64,000 nucleotides of DNA from the human T2T-CHM13v2.0 reference genome, Homo sapiens. The notes under the pieces are model-generated. The model was not told the origin of the DNA. It saw only the letters and a list, made by a program, of their open reading frames with translations, and searched no databases. The stretch lies in the NCBI RefSeq assembly GCF_009914755.1, contig NC_060926.1; one strand, given 5' to 3'. This document shows positions 40,431 through 52,250 of the stretch, one piece after another. Positions within the stretch are counted from its first letter, which is position 1. Every line of letters starts with the position of its first letter. Position numbers and translations under genes: made by a program.

Positions 40431-41830
40431 AAATACATATACATATATACATGTATATATATGTATATACATATATATACGTGTATACACGTGTGTATAT
40501 GTATATACATACACGTGTGTATACGTGTGTATATGTATATACATACACGTGTGTATACGTGTGTATATGTATACACATACACGTGTGTATACGTGTGTAT
40601 ATGTATATACATACACGTGTATATCTATGTATATACATACACGTGTATATCTATGTATATACATACACGTGTATATACGTGTATATACATACACGTGTAT
40701 ATACGTGTATATACATACACGTGTATATACGTGTATATACATACACGTGTATATACGTGTATATACGTGTATATACATACACGTGTATATACGTGTATAT
40801 AAATGTATATACATACACGTGTATATACGTGTATATATGTATATACATACACGTGTATATACGTGTATATATGTATATACATACACGTGTATATACGTGT
40901 ATATATGTATATACATACACGTGTATATACGTGTATATATGTATATACATACACGTGTATATACGTGTATATATGTATATACATACACGTGTATATACGT
41001 GTATATATGTATATACATACACGTGTATATACGTATACACATATACATATACGTATACCTATATACGCATACGTGTATACGTATACCTATATACGCATAC
41101 GTGTATACGTATACCTATATACGCATACGTGTATACGTATACCTATACGCATACGTGTATACGTATACATGTGTATATACGTATATACGTATATATGAAT
41201 ATGTATTTACGTATATACGTATACATGTATACGCATACTCACGTATATACGTATACATGTATATACGCATACCCACATATGCGTATACATGTATACGCAT
41301 ATCCATATATGTGTGTATACATGTATACGCATATCCATATGTGTGTGTATACATGTATACGCATATCATATGTGTGTGTATACATGTATACGCATATCAT
41401 ATGTGTGTGTATACATGTATACGCATATCCATATGTGTGTATACATGTATATGCATATCCATATGTGTGTATACATGTATATGCATATCCATATGTGTGT
41501 ATACATGTATATGCATTCATATGTGTGTATACATGTATATGCATTCATGTGTGTATACATGTATATGCATATTCATGTGTGTATACATGTATATGCATAT
41601 TCATATATGTGTATATACATGTATATGCATATTCATATATGTGTATATACATGTATATGCATATTCATATATGTGTATATACATGTATATGCATATTCAT
41701 ATATATGTGTATATACATGTATATGCATATTCACATATATGTGTATATACATGTATATGCATATTCATATATATGTGTATATACATGTATATGCATATTC
41801 ATATATATGTGTATATACATATATATATAT
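40431..41830. repeat. ~1.4-kb alternating purine-pyrimidine minisatellite (28-34-bp units built from TA/CA/TG/CG)
   Basis: Units such as tatacatacacgtgtatatacgtgtatatatg and atacatgtatatgcatattcatatatgtgtat; source of the many spurious Y/T/C/I/V/H ORFs. Confidence 0.97.
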
Positions 41831-42049
41831 GGGGAGAGAGAGAGAATCATTGCTGAAAATCAAACATTCTACGGGGAAATCAACACGCCTAAGGCATTAA
41901 TAGATAAATTGAATTAGTTAAGCAAATTTCTGAGAAAATGGGCCAAAATCGAATATGTCTGACAATTTGATAAAATGGAAGCAGATGGGGGGATACTCAT
42001 CACTAAAGATATTGACCATTCCATTGATAATACATAATAATGTATTAAA

Positions 42050-43320
42050 ACATAATACTTTTTAATTCTTATTAATATAAGGCAGTTAAGTTAACTTTAA
42101 AATATTTTGTATCCAGCAGATGAAGTAAATCTATTAAATTTTCTCCTTAATTTTATTAGTACATCAATTTACTAAATTAAATTTCACTATAAGTATCATT
42201 TTCCTGCTTTTAATGAGAATGTCTCTCATGTTTAATCATTAAACATTATGCTCATCTTTGATTTGAGATGGACAATTTGTATGCTGTTCATCGTATAATG
42301 GCATGACTTAAAACTCAAGAATGGATATATAATTTTATTGAATATCTCTTTGGAATGTATAAAGCTGTTTTCTCCATATATGATTTCATATAGTATAGCA
42401 TTTCCTAAAACCGTGATGACTTTGTAATCATCCTAAAAGTATTCTCTGAGATGAATATAATTATTTTAACACAGTGCTTCAGTTTATTTGCTGGTATTTG
42501 TTTCATGATTGTTACTTCTATACATGTAAGATTAGTCTGAAGTTTCTTTTTCCTCTGTGGTTTTTTTATAGTTTCTGCTGACAGTTTTATTGTAGCTTCA
42601 TAAAATTAATATAAAATGTCTTTATTAAAATACTTTAGAAGGATGAAATTTTTGTTTGTTTGTTTAAACTCGTCAAGGCCCAGATGTAACTTACTCATGA
42701 AACTACTCTGGAGATTTACTATCTTGATATAAGAATTATAACATATTCTAATTTTTCTTTATAACTGATTTATTCAAATATATTCATAATTCTATGTTAA
42801 ATTTTGTTAGTGTTTGACTTTGTGAATTTAAACATCTTAGCACCAAATTTTATATTTTACATATTTTATTTTATTAACGTATCCTCATAAAACTCTAAAT
42901 GTAATTTTATCATCATTCTAGCTATTATAATTTTTCAAGTGGACTTCACATTTAGTATTTTATTATCAAAATATAGCTTACTGCATTATAGAAAAAATTG
43001 CCATTGTCATTTATGATACATTGAGGTTTTGATTTGCCCAGTGCATAATTTCTTTTTAAAGTGATTTTTAATGATTTATAATAAATGAAATGTCCTGTTT
43101 ACAAAGCCCCAAATTTAGTGCATTTTAATTAATAGAACAATCTTATGTATTTAATTTTTAGCTACATTTTTAGTCTTCTATTGACTATAAATAATACCAA
43201 TTCTTGTCTGTTTTATAACTCCTCTCTTCTCTTGGATTACAGAGATCATACCTTTGTTTTTTAATATTTTCAACTTTAATTATATCTTTAATTTTGACTA
43301 ACATGTCAATGGCTTCCATA
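42050..43320 (-). mobile_element. Highly degraded L1M (ORF2 region)
   Basis: T-rich antisense L1 phrases, e.g. 'cagtttatttgctggtatttgtttcatgattgttacttctatacatgtaagattagtctgaagtttc'. Confidence 0.5.
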
Positions 43321-43539
43321 ATTTTTTAAAAGTATTTTTCTCTAAGAATACTACATGAGTGATGTGGCAGACATTCTTGGTTGCTTATAAATACCTGTAT
43401 ATCTTTTCTTCCATCTAAATAAAGAAAATATTTAGTAGGTAGGCATACTTGGTACTTTGTCCAATCTCCTCTTTTTCTCTGAATTTTGGATGTGATGTCT
43501 GAAAGTGGAATAGCCATGTTGCAACCAGAAAGACTACAA

Positions 43540-43965
43540 CAGTTTCTATGGATCATGAATCTGGGGCATGACTTAGTTGTGTGCCTATGTTCAAAGTTTC
43601 TCATGACATTGTGGTCACAGAGTTAACCTGGACTGTGTTCTCATCCAGAGGCTCAGATGAGGGAGGATCCACTTCTGCGTTTACTCATGTTGTTGAACTA
43701 AAGGCCTTAGTTTCTCTCTGACTCTTCCTCATCATGTGTGCTTCTCCATCAGAAAACTCTCAACATGACAGCTGGCTCAGTTCAGAGTGAATGAGAGAAA
43801 ATTCCCAGATGGAAGCCAGTCTTTTCATAATCTTATTTCAGAAGTGATATCACATCATCTCAGTGACATTCCATTCACTGTAAGTCAGTAAGCCTGACCC
43901 ACACTCAAGGGGAGGAGAAGAAACAAAGATACAAATTCTAGGAAGCCACCTTAGAAGGTGTTTCC
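43540..43965 (-). mobile_element. Old MLT1 (MaLR) LTR
   Basis: 'ggaggatccacttctgcgtttactcatgttgttg...agaagtgatatcacatcatc...cccacactcaaggggagg' is typical of MLT1G/H. Confidence 0.65.
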
Positions 43966-44984
43966 AAAAAATTGATACCACAAGCTTAGAATGACAAAGT
44001 GTCATTCCTCTACTCATAAGGGGAAAACATTTACAATTACCAATTATCTATATCATTAGGCTCTCTCATAATTGCCATCAAGAAGTTTATAGATTCATGC
44101 TACATAGATCACTTTACATTGGTCTCTTTGGATCTTTGAGAATGTCTGAAGGATCATTAACTTAGTCCCTGATAGTATCACTGAGCAGCTGCATCAGTTC
44201 TGACATTCTACTTCTGGAATTATTGTTATGTGATCCCTACTCCTATACTCCTCTGGCTTCCCCAAAAAGGGAAACATAATTTAATAGGCTTGTTGAACCT
44301 CTGTAGTCAGCCCAAATGCAATGCTGAAGTGATACGGTGGCATATTCTCTGAGTTTTTCTATGACTGAAAGTATGATACATTACACTAACTAGATGTGCT
44401 TCTTTCTTCCTCTTTTCCTCTCTTCCTCTCCTCCCTTTTTTGCTTACTCTGTTTTTCATAAGTCTTATTTATCATTTTGTATAAAGCCTGTGAGAATTGC
44501 TTAAACAGATTTTTCAGTACCTTGAGCTGGTTTTCTACAGTATTAAAACTACTGTTTAATATCTCTGCAAATAGTTTGGCAGAATGTGTTTGTGTTTTTA
44601 TCTCTGCAAGTGCTTCTACCAAAGCATTCAGAAATTATTCCTTTTTTTTTTTTTTACAAATGTGATGAATTTTCAAATTATATGGAGAGTAAAAATAAAA
44701 ATCTTAATATCTTTTTCCTCATTTGGGGGCGTACTATCTTTCTTAGGGCTCAAATTTGTTTGATTTTTAAGAAGAAAAGACTTGTGATGTATTAATTGAT
44801 TGGCTTTTTTTTTAAAAAAAGATAGAGGTTTATATTTATTCCTATTTGGGATCAAAATTGATTCTTTTAGACACTATGGATGTTTTAGATACATAAATTG
44901 AGGATACTATTGCATATCAGGGAGATCCACTGCTTTTGCAACAGTTTCTTGTTTCAGTTAGGGCTTTCAGGTGCTCTTGCACAT

Positions 44985-45458
44985 TGTATTATTTTCCTAT
45001 GGTTGCTGCAACAAATTACCACAAACTTGGTGGCTTAAAAACAGAAATTTATTCTTTCACAGTTCTAGAGGCCAGAAACTGTCTGAAGTCATTGTCACTG
45101 GGCTGAAATCAAGGTGTCAGCAGGGCTGCACTTTCTCCAGAGGCTTTAGGGCAGAAACTATTCATTGCTTCTTTCACCTTCTGGTGCTTGCTGGCATTCC
45201 TTGGTTTGTGAGCATATTTCCCCAATCCCTGCCTCTAAGGTCACATTGCCTTCTCCTCTTGTGTGTGCTAATTCTCCTGCTGTCATTCTCTTTTAAGGAC
45301 TTGTGATTGCACATAAGCCCACCAATAATCTAGGAATATTTTAATAGCTCAAGATAATTTAATCACATCTGCAGTCTTTACCATATAAGGTGACATTCAT
45401 AGGTTCCAGGAATTAGGACATGGGCGTAACCTTGGGAGCCATTATTTAGCCTACTACA
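44985..45458 (-). mobile_element. MLT1C/D LTR
   Basis: 'tgtattattttcctatggttgctgcaacaaattaccacaaacttggtggcttaaaaacagaaatttattc...gccattatttagcctactaca'. Confidence 0.85.
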
Positions 45459-46403
45459 GACACTGCAGCCTTTTCCTTAATATGCTCATTAGTACTCTGC
45501 TTTATTTACCATGTCGTTTCTATTCAAAATAGTTCCCAATTGCAACCACTGGTGGGCTCCTGAAGTTATGTAATTCTCCCTGCAACCTCCTTTTACTATT
45601 GCCTCATAGCCTTTCTTTACTTACAACAAATGCTATTTTGAGCTTAGAGGCTCAGATTATTTTTCTGGGAAACCTCTTCTGTTTATTTCCCAGTGCAGCT
45701 TTCCTTCACGTGGTTTAAATTTCAAATTGGATGATCATTTATTCTTTAAAAAAATGCACAATGACATTATCAGAATTATGCTTGTTCTAGATCCTACTCA
45801 TATTCTATTTTACAAAAATTTATCAAGGTTTGTGCCTGCTAATTAAAGCCCCCCATGATTTGCACTGATGGAGGGTATACAAAAAAGGCTTACCTCTATT
45901 TGAATTATTTTTTGGTCATTTTACTGTTATGCATAAAGAGAAGGAAGCTGAATGCAAAACCGTATGTCATCATCCAGCATGTAAAATATGAGACTAAGCC
46001 CACAATAGTGACCTGAGAATTTTTGTTTAAGGGAACTATTTTAATGTTTACATGTATTTTTAAGTTAAATTTCTATTTTGAGTAATTTTAGATTTACAGA
46101 ATAGTTACAAAGATAGTACAGAAAGTTTTCATATACCCTTTACCCAATTTCCCCTTGTTGCTAACATCTTACATTTCCATGGTACATTTATCAAATTAAG
46201 AAACCAGTACTGATATATTATCATTAGCTAAACTTTGGACTTTTTTGGATTTCATAGCTTTTTCATGAGTGTCCTCTTTCCATTCCAGGGTCCAGTTCAG
46301 GTTGCTATATTGCATTTGGTTGCCATGTCTACTTCAACTTCTCTGGTATGGGACAGCTTCTTGTCTTGCATTGTTTTGTATAACCTTAATAGTCTTCAGG
46401 AGT

Positions 46404-46683
<280 letters not shown>

Positions 46684-47314
46684 TGTTTTTGTTTGTTTGT
46701 TTTTAATTATTAGACTGGGTTTATTGTTTTTTTCTTAGAATATGATCAAGGTAAGGTAAAGAGCCCTTCACGTTACATTATATCAGACATTCTATAATGT
46801 CCACATGAAATCTCAGGTAATGTTAATCTCCTTCACTAGGTGAAATTGTCAGCCAGATTTCTCTACTGTAAAGTTACCTTATCCCCTTTTTTTACTACTT
46901 TTTCAGAAGTAGTAAGTGTCTAACCCTGGCCCACATATGGAGAGAGTTAAGCTCCACTTCCTAGCATGGAAGAATATCTACAGATGTTATTTAAAATTAT
47001 TCAGTAAGAAAGACTTTTCTGCCACTAAATTTATGAATTTATTCAATTATTTATTTCTATCATCCTGAACTCATGCTTATTTATCTTTTACTTTGGGTTA
47101 TATTTTGTCTATATTTAGAATATATTTTAATATGTGTTTTTAAAATATTTTTATCACATTATTTCCATTTTGGACATTAGTAGCTCTTTCATGTTGGTTT
47201 CTGTGCTCACTTGACATTCACTTGACATTTCTGTATCCTTTTGCTTTTGAAGAACTTTCTTACTTTTTGGTACTAAAAGGTATTCTAGACATATCTTACA
47301 TATTTTTTCTACTG

Positions 47315-47653
47315 TAATATGTTTTGGGCCTGTCCCCACCCAAATCTTGTCTTGAATTCCCACATGTTGGAGGGACCTGGTGGGAGGTAATCGAATCACG
47401 GGGGGTCAGATCTTTCCCATGCTATTCTAGTGATAGTGAATGAGTCACATGAGATCTGATGATTTTAAAAAGAGGAGTTTCCCTGCACAAGCTGTCTTCT
47501 CTGCTGCCATGAGAGATGTGACTTTCACCTTCTGCCAAGTTTGTGAGGCCTCTCCAGCCTCATGGAACTGTAAGTCCAATAAACCTCTCCTTTTTTGTAA
47601 ATTGCACAGTTTTGAGTATGTTTTTATCAGCAGAGTGAAAATGGATTAATACA
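47315..47653 (+). mobile_element. THE1A/B solo LTR
   Basis: 'taatatgttttgggcctgtccccacccaaatc...ggaactgtaagtccaataaacctc...gtgaaaatggattaataca'; perfect 5-bp TSD tactg (47310-47314, 47654-47658). Confidence 0.92.
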
Positions 47654-47777
47654 TACTGCATGCCTAGAATCCACTACATCTCCAATGAGCCATGGTTTCC
47701 TTTACTGAAGAATGACATTTAGAGATAAAGATATAGGCACTGTGCTCATTGCTACTGGGGCATCAATGCTAACCATG

Positions 47778-48127
47778 TATACTAGTTTGTTAGGGCTGCC
47801 ATAACAAAGCATTGCAGACTGATGGCTTAAAAACAAAAATGTATTTTCTCACACTTTTGAGAAAATAAAACTAAGGCTAAATGGCCAACATCAAAGTGTC
47901 GGCGGGTTTGGTTTCTCCTGAGAGCTCTCTCCTTGGCTTACAGATGATCACCTTCTTTGCTGTTTCCTCCCATGGTCTCCCCTCTGCATGCACATCCCTG
48001 TGGTCCAAATTTCCTCTTCTTATGATACCATTCAATTGATTAGACCTGCTCTGATGGCTTCAGTAAGGTAGTGGAAGTTAGAACTTCAACATATGAACTT
48101 CAGGGGGACATAATTCAGCCCATAACA
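47778..48127 (-). mobile_element. MLT1A-like LTR
   Basis: 'ctagtttgttagggctgccataacaaagc...cttcaacatatgaacttcagggggacataattcagcccataaca'. Confidence 0.85.
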
Positions 48128-49020
48128 CTATTTGCACACATGTATCTATAATTAAATTTGTATCTGTTCATTACTGTGCATATGTATATATGATCTGAAC
48201 CACCCAGATGTCTTCCTGAGCCCTCCCTTCCCTCATGTAAACTCACATATGTGAGCTAAAAGTAGGAGTGCTAAGTAAGTGTCATAAGTTATAATCCATG
48301 CTATAGAGTACCTTAAATTTAGTAAGTAAAGTGATTAAAAGCTTAATGAATAATGTTTACTGTCAGTGTTTTTGTGATGCAGGGAATTTGGGAACCATCT
48401 TTTTAAAAGTTACACTTCTTTTTACAAATTTTGTATTGATTATGTATGACTTACTTATAAGTGTTGAGGACTTGAAATACTTATATTAATGTTCCAAAGA
48501 GATTTACATAAATATCAAGGTAATTCTATAAACCTCCTGGAGGCATTCATTAAAAAACCTAAAGAAATACAGAAACGGTGCCTTAAAATTTTCCCTGCAT
48601 ATGTACTGAAAGTAGTCATTATTAAGCTAATACTTTATGGAGTTTGGATAAATATTTTAATCATTATTATTCTAGGCTATAGAAATAATTATTTTAAAAA
48701 TAATTTAACTAAATAAGTTTTATATTTTCCAGAGATAAGGATTATATTTTTAGGAAAAAAATACATTGTCTCAATACTTTTCTTTTTAGCTCATGAATAA
48801 AAATTTTTTAGTTTAAATTAATTCCCTTTTTTGACACAGATTATAGCTACATACAAAATCAGGAAGCAGGCCAACATTTGGTGTTTCCATTCTATTTCTG
48901 CATCTGCCTCCTTTTTTCCCCTTTCAGACTCCCCATCTCCTCTGGTAACCAGTGAATTTATATTTGTTCATCTCCACTTGAGAAACATTTCCTAAAGAAA
49001 TGTCTTGATAAAAAATTAAT

Positions 49021-49326
49021 GCTTAAGACTGAGGAGTACAAGAACAGCGTGTTATTCCCACTGCATTAAAAAACTATGGTTTAAACTAAAAAAATTGGAA
49101 AGAAGTAGGTTTTCTTTTTTTTTCTTTCTATAGCAGAAGTTGGTGAATAGATAGAGAAATATATGTTCTAATTCAGCTTAAGACTGAGGAGTACTAGGAA
49201 CAGCATATTATTCCCACTGCATTAGAAAACTATGGATTAAACCAAAAAAAGTTGGAAAGAAGTAGGTTTTCACTTTTTTTCTTTCTATGGCAGAAGTTGG
49301 TAAATAGAGAAATATATATACTAATT
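49021..49326. repeat. ~155-bp tandem duplication
   Basis: Copies start 'gcttaagactgaggagtac' at 49021 and 49176 and run to 'ctaatt'; scattered mismatches. Confidence 0.93.
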
Positions 49327-49382
49327 TATCATATACTCTGGTTAGTCACAATACTAGGGATTTTTCATATTCTTTTACATGG

Positions 49383-49723
49383 CCATGGTGAGTTAAACAG
49401 TGCCCCCTACAAATTCATGTCTATCCAAAGCCTATTAATGTGACTTTACTTAGAAATAGGGTTTTTTTTTGCATATATAATCAAATTAAGGTGAGTTCAT
49501 ATTGGAGTAAGGAGGGCCCTAAATTCAATATGAATGGTGGCCTTATAAAATGAAGGAAATTTAGACAAAGAGAAATGGGTATGCAGAGAGAAGAATGCCA
49601 TACAATTATGGAGGCAGAAACTGGAGTTAAACTGGTACAAGCCAAGAAACACCAAAAATTGCTAACAATCGCCAAAACCTAGAGGAGGCATTTTGGTTAT
49701 GACAGCTCTAAGAAACCAATACA
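49383..49723 (+). mobile_element. MLT1B/C LTR with internal deletion
   Basis: 'aattcatgtc...atgtgactttacttagaaatagggtt...ggccctaaattcaatatga...ggaggcagaaactggagt...aagaaaccaataca'. Confidence 0.8.
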
Positions 49724-50891
49724 ATGGCTGTTTCACCATCCTGACCAAAGAGGATTCAGAGACAGAAAACTGAGTTTTGAGAGATTAAATAATATGTTCT
49801 AAATTATATAATTTTGTAAGAAGTGAGACTATAACTTAAATTGAAACTGAGTTTCAGAAAAATATTCATGCTACTACCATTATCAAAGCTAGTGGATCTT
49901 TTTAAGAATATATAAGATATAGAGAGAGCTAAATTTATTCCTAGAATTTCTCTGAATTTGCAGTTCACCCAGCATACATGTTCATATATATACATACACT
50001 CTCAAACATGTCACTTTATATTTAATAGATATAAATAGTTTAATTAGCCTTATTAAAAGACCAGCATTTATAATCACAAAGCAAATCATTAAGATAACCA
50101 CGAATATAAGAATACTAACAATATGTGACATATGTAATAGATTTTTGGATGGAATAAACAGTTGGTATAAAAAGAAGGTATGGTTACTGTCAAAATGAAG
50201 TCATAAACACAGGGAAGCAGAGCTAATGTGTCTGATTCATGTTACTATATAATTGATTTCAGTGTATAGTGGATCAGATGGTATTTCTGACCTTTTTAAG
50301 CAAGAACTTTCTCGGTAAGAGAAAGAATAAAGAAAGATAAAATATCTAAGCCAAAATTAAAGAGGTGACAAGCACTCTCAGTAAAATCTTGTTACAATCT
50401 GACAATGATCTCTGAACAGTGCTTTTTATATGTTAGGTACTCAGTAAGACAGTGTTTGATAATTTAATGACCGAAGGTCACGGTTCTTATGGAGTATCCA
50501 ACTCTAAATTAAAAGAAGACTTTACTGTTTTATTGTTGGAAATTAATCCATGTATAAGACTTCTACAAATATTTGCCTCCTGGTATGTTGTCTGTTCTTT
50601 TTCTGCTCCAATTCCCTCATGGTATTTCTATGTAAAAACCGCTGATCTGAAAGATCCATAGGGTTAACACCATTCAGGCATCACTAAAAGAAATGGGACA
50701 CTGTTATTCTCTTGTTTATTTCATAATTGATCAGACAACAGTCAACAAGAAACAGTCTCTATTGTATATTGAATTTTCAGATATATTGCAAGTGAAGAAT
50801 GACATAAAATAAGTTACAGCTACTAAACAGATAAGAGATTGCAGAGCATTTCTTACCAGGACAGGTTCCTCCTCTACTCCTGTCCTTTCTT

Positions 50892-50978
50892 TCTTTTTTT
50901 TTTTTTTTCAGGTTCCCTTGTACTTTAATAAGAGATTGAGTGGCAAATAATTTTCTAGAACTAAAATAGCACAATCTC
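50892..50978 (-). other. Putative L1 3'-transduced unique segment with ATTAAA and poly(A)
   Basis: T15 (50894-50908) and tttaat (50924-50929), i.e. ATTAAA 15 nt before the tail on the minus strand; enclosed with the L1 by a 17-bp direct repeat tactcctgtcctttctt (50875-50891, 51812-51828). Confidence 0.8.
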
Positions 50979-51807
50979 GGGCGAAGGATATGAACAGACA
51001 CTTCTCAAAAGAAGACATTTATACAGCCAAAAGACACATGAAAAAATACTCAGCATCACTGGCCATCAGAGAAATGCAAATCAAAACCTCAATGAGATAC
51101 CATCTTACACCAGTGAGAGCGGCGATCATTAAAAAGTCATGAAACAACAGGTGCTGGAGAGGATGTGGAGAAATAGGAACACTTTTACACTGTTGGTGGG
51201 ACTGTAAACTAGTTCAACCATTGTGGAAGTCAGTGTGGCGATTCCTCAAGGATCTAGAACTAGAAATACCATTTGACCCAGCCATCCCATTACTGGGTAT
51301 ATACCCAAAGGATTATAAAACATGCTGCTATAAAGACACATGCACATGTATGTTTATTGTGTCACTATTCACAACAGCAAAGACTTGGAACCAACCCAAA
51401 TGTCCAACAATGATAGACTGGATTAAGAAAATGTGGCACGTATACACCATGGAATACTATGCAGCCATAAAAAATGATGAGTTCATGTCCTTTGTAGGGA
51501 CGTGGATGAAGCTGGAAACCATCATTCTCAGCAAACTATCACAAGGACAAAAAACCAAACACTGCATGTTCTCACTCATAGGTGGGAATTGAACAATGAG
51601 AACACATGGACACAGGAAGGGGAACATCACACTCTGGTGACTGTTGTGGGGTGGGAGGAGTGGGGAGGGATAGCATTAGGAGATATACCTAATGTTAAAT
51701 GACGAGTTAATGGGTGCAGCACACCAACATGGCACATGTATACATATGTAACAAACCTGCACGTTGTGCACATGTACCCTAAAACTTAAAGTATAATTTA
51801 AAAAAAA
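50979..51807 (+). mobile_element. L1PA (approx. PA3-PA5) 3' 830 bp: ORF2 C-terminus plus 3' UTR; the inverted segment of a minus-strand insertion
   Basis: ORF 51221-51592 'WKSVWRFLKDLELEIPFDPAIPLLGIYPKDYK...FSLIGGN' is the L1 ORF2 end; canonical 3' UTR ending 'ccctaaaacttaaagtataat'. Confidence 0.97.
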
Positions 51808-52019
51808 TTAGTACTCCTGTCCTTTCTTCATGTGTTCTGGGCCAGCTCCTGCTTGCCTCTCAGCTTTCCTGAGCATCTCCTTGCCCTAGGGTACAGTACC
51901 TGCCCAAAGCCCAAGAGTTGGTTGATTATTTTTTACTCCATTATGAGATTCTATTATGAGACATGTCATTTGTGTCTTTTTTTAAGGATGCTTGTTAACA
52001 CGATTGTCACTACAGAAAA

Positions 52020-52250
52020 CATTATAGCAGAGTGATTAAGAATGTAGTCTCTGGAGTCAAACAGGCTGGATTTAAAGACATGCTCTAAAAATTACTGGTT
52101 GTTTGCCTTTTCCTTATGTACACCTTTATACTCTACATTTCATTTTCCTTATCTATATTCTATAATGATATATTCATGGTGACTAAATTTGATATATTTC
52201 ATCAAGTGCCTGGTTTAGACATGTAGTAAGTATGCAAAAATCTTAGTTTG
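52020..52250 (+). mobile_element. MIR SINE
   Basis: 'atagcagagtgattaagaatgtagtctctggagtcaaacaggctggattt...agtgcctggtttagacatgtagtaagt'. Confidence 0.7.

Noticed and set aside
40431-41830. CRISPR-like appearance of ~32-bp repeated units
   Set aside because: Head-to-tail tandem units without unique spacers, no cas genes, and clearly primate DNA.
40374-41917. Long ORFs of 484 and 488 aa and many overlapping ORFs
   Set aside because: Products of the RY minisatellite, whose strict alternation cannot spell stop codons; low-complexity Y/I/H/V/C/T/M peptides open in nearly all frames.
43212-43232. Short similarity to the start of the 250-bp inverted-repeat arm (tataactcctct...ttctct)
   Set aside because: Only ~20 nt of low-complexity pyrimidine-rich match; compatible with chance.
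51221-51592. 123-aa ORF as a host gene
   Set aside because: It is the C-terminal fragment of L1 ORF2 in a truncated element.
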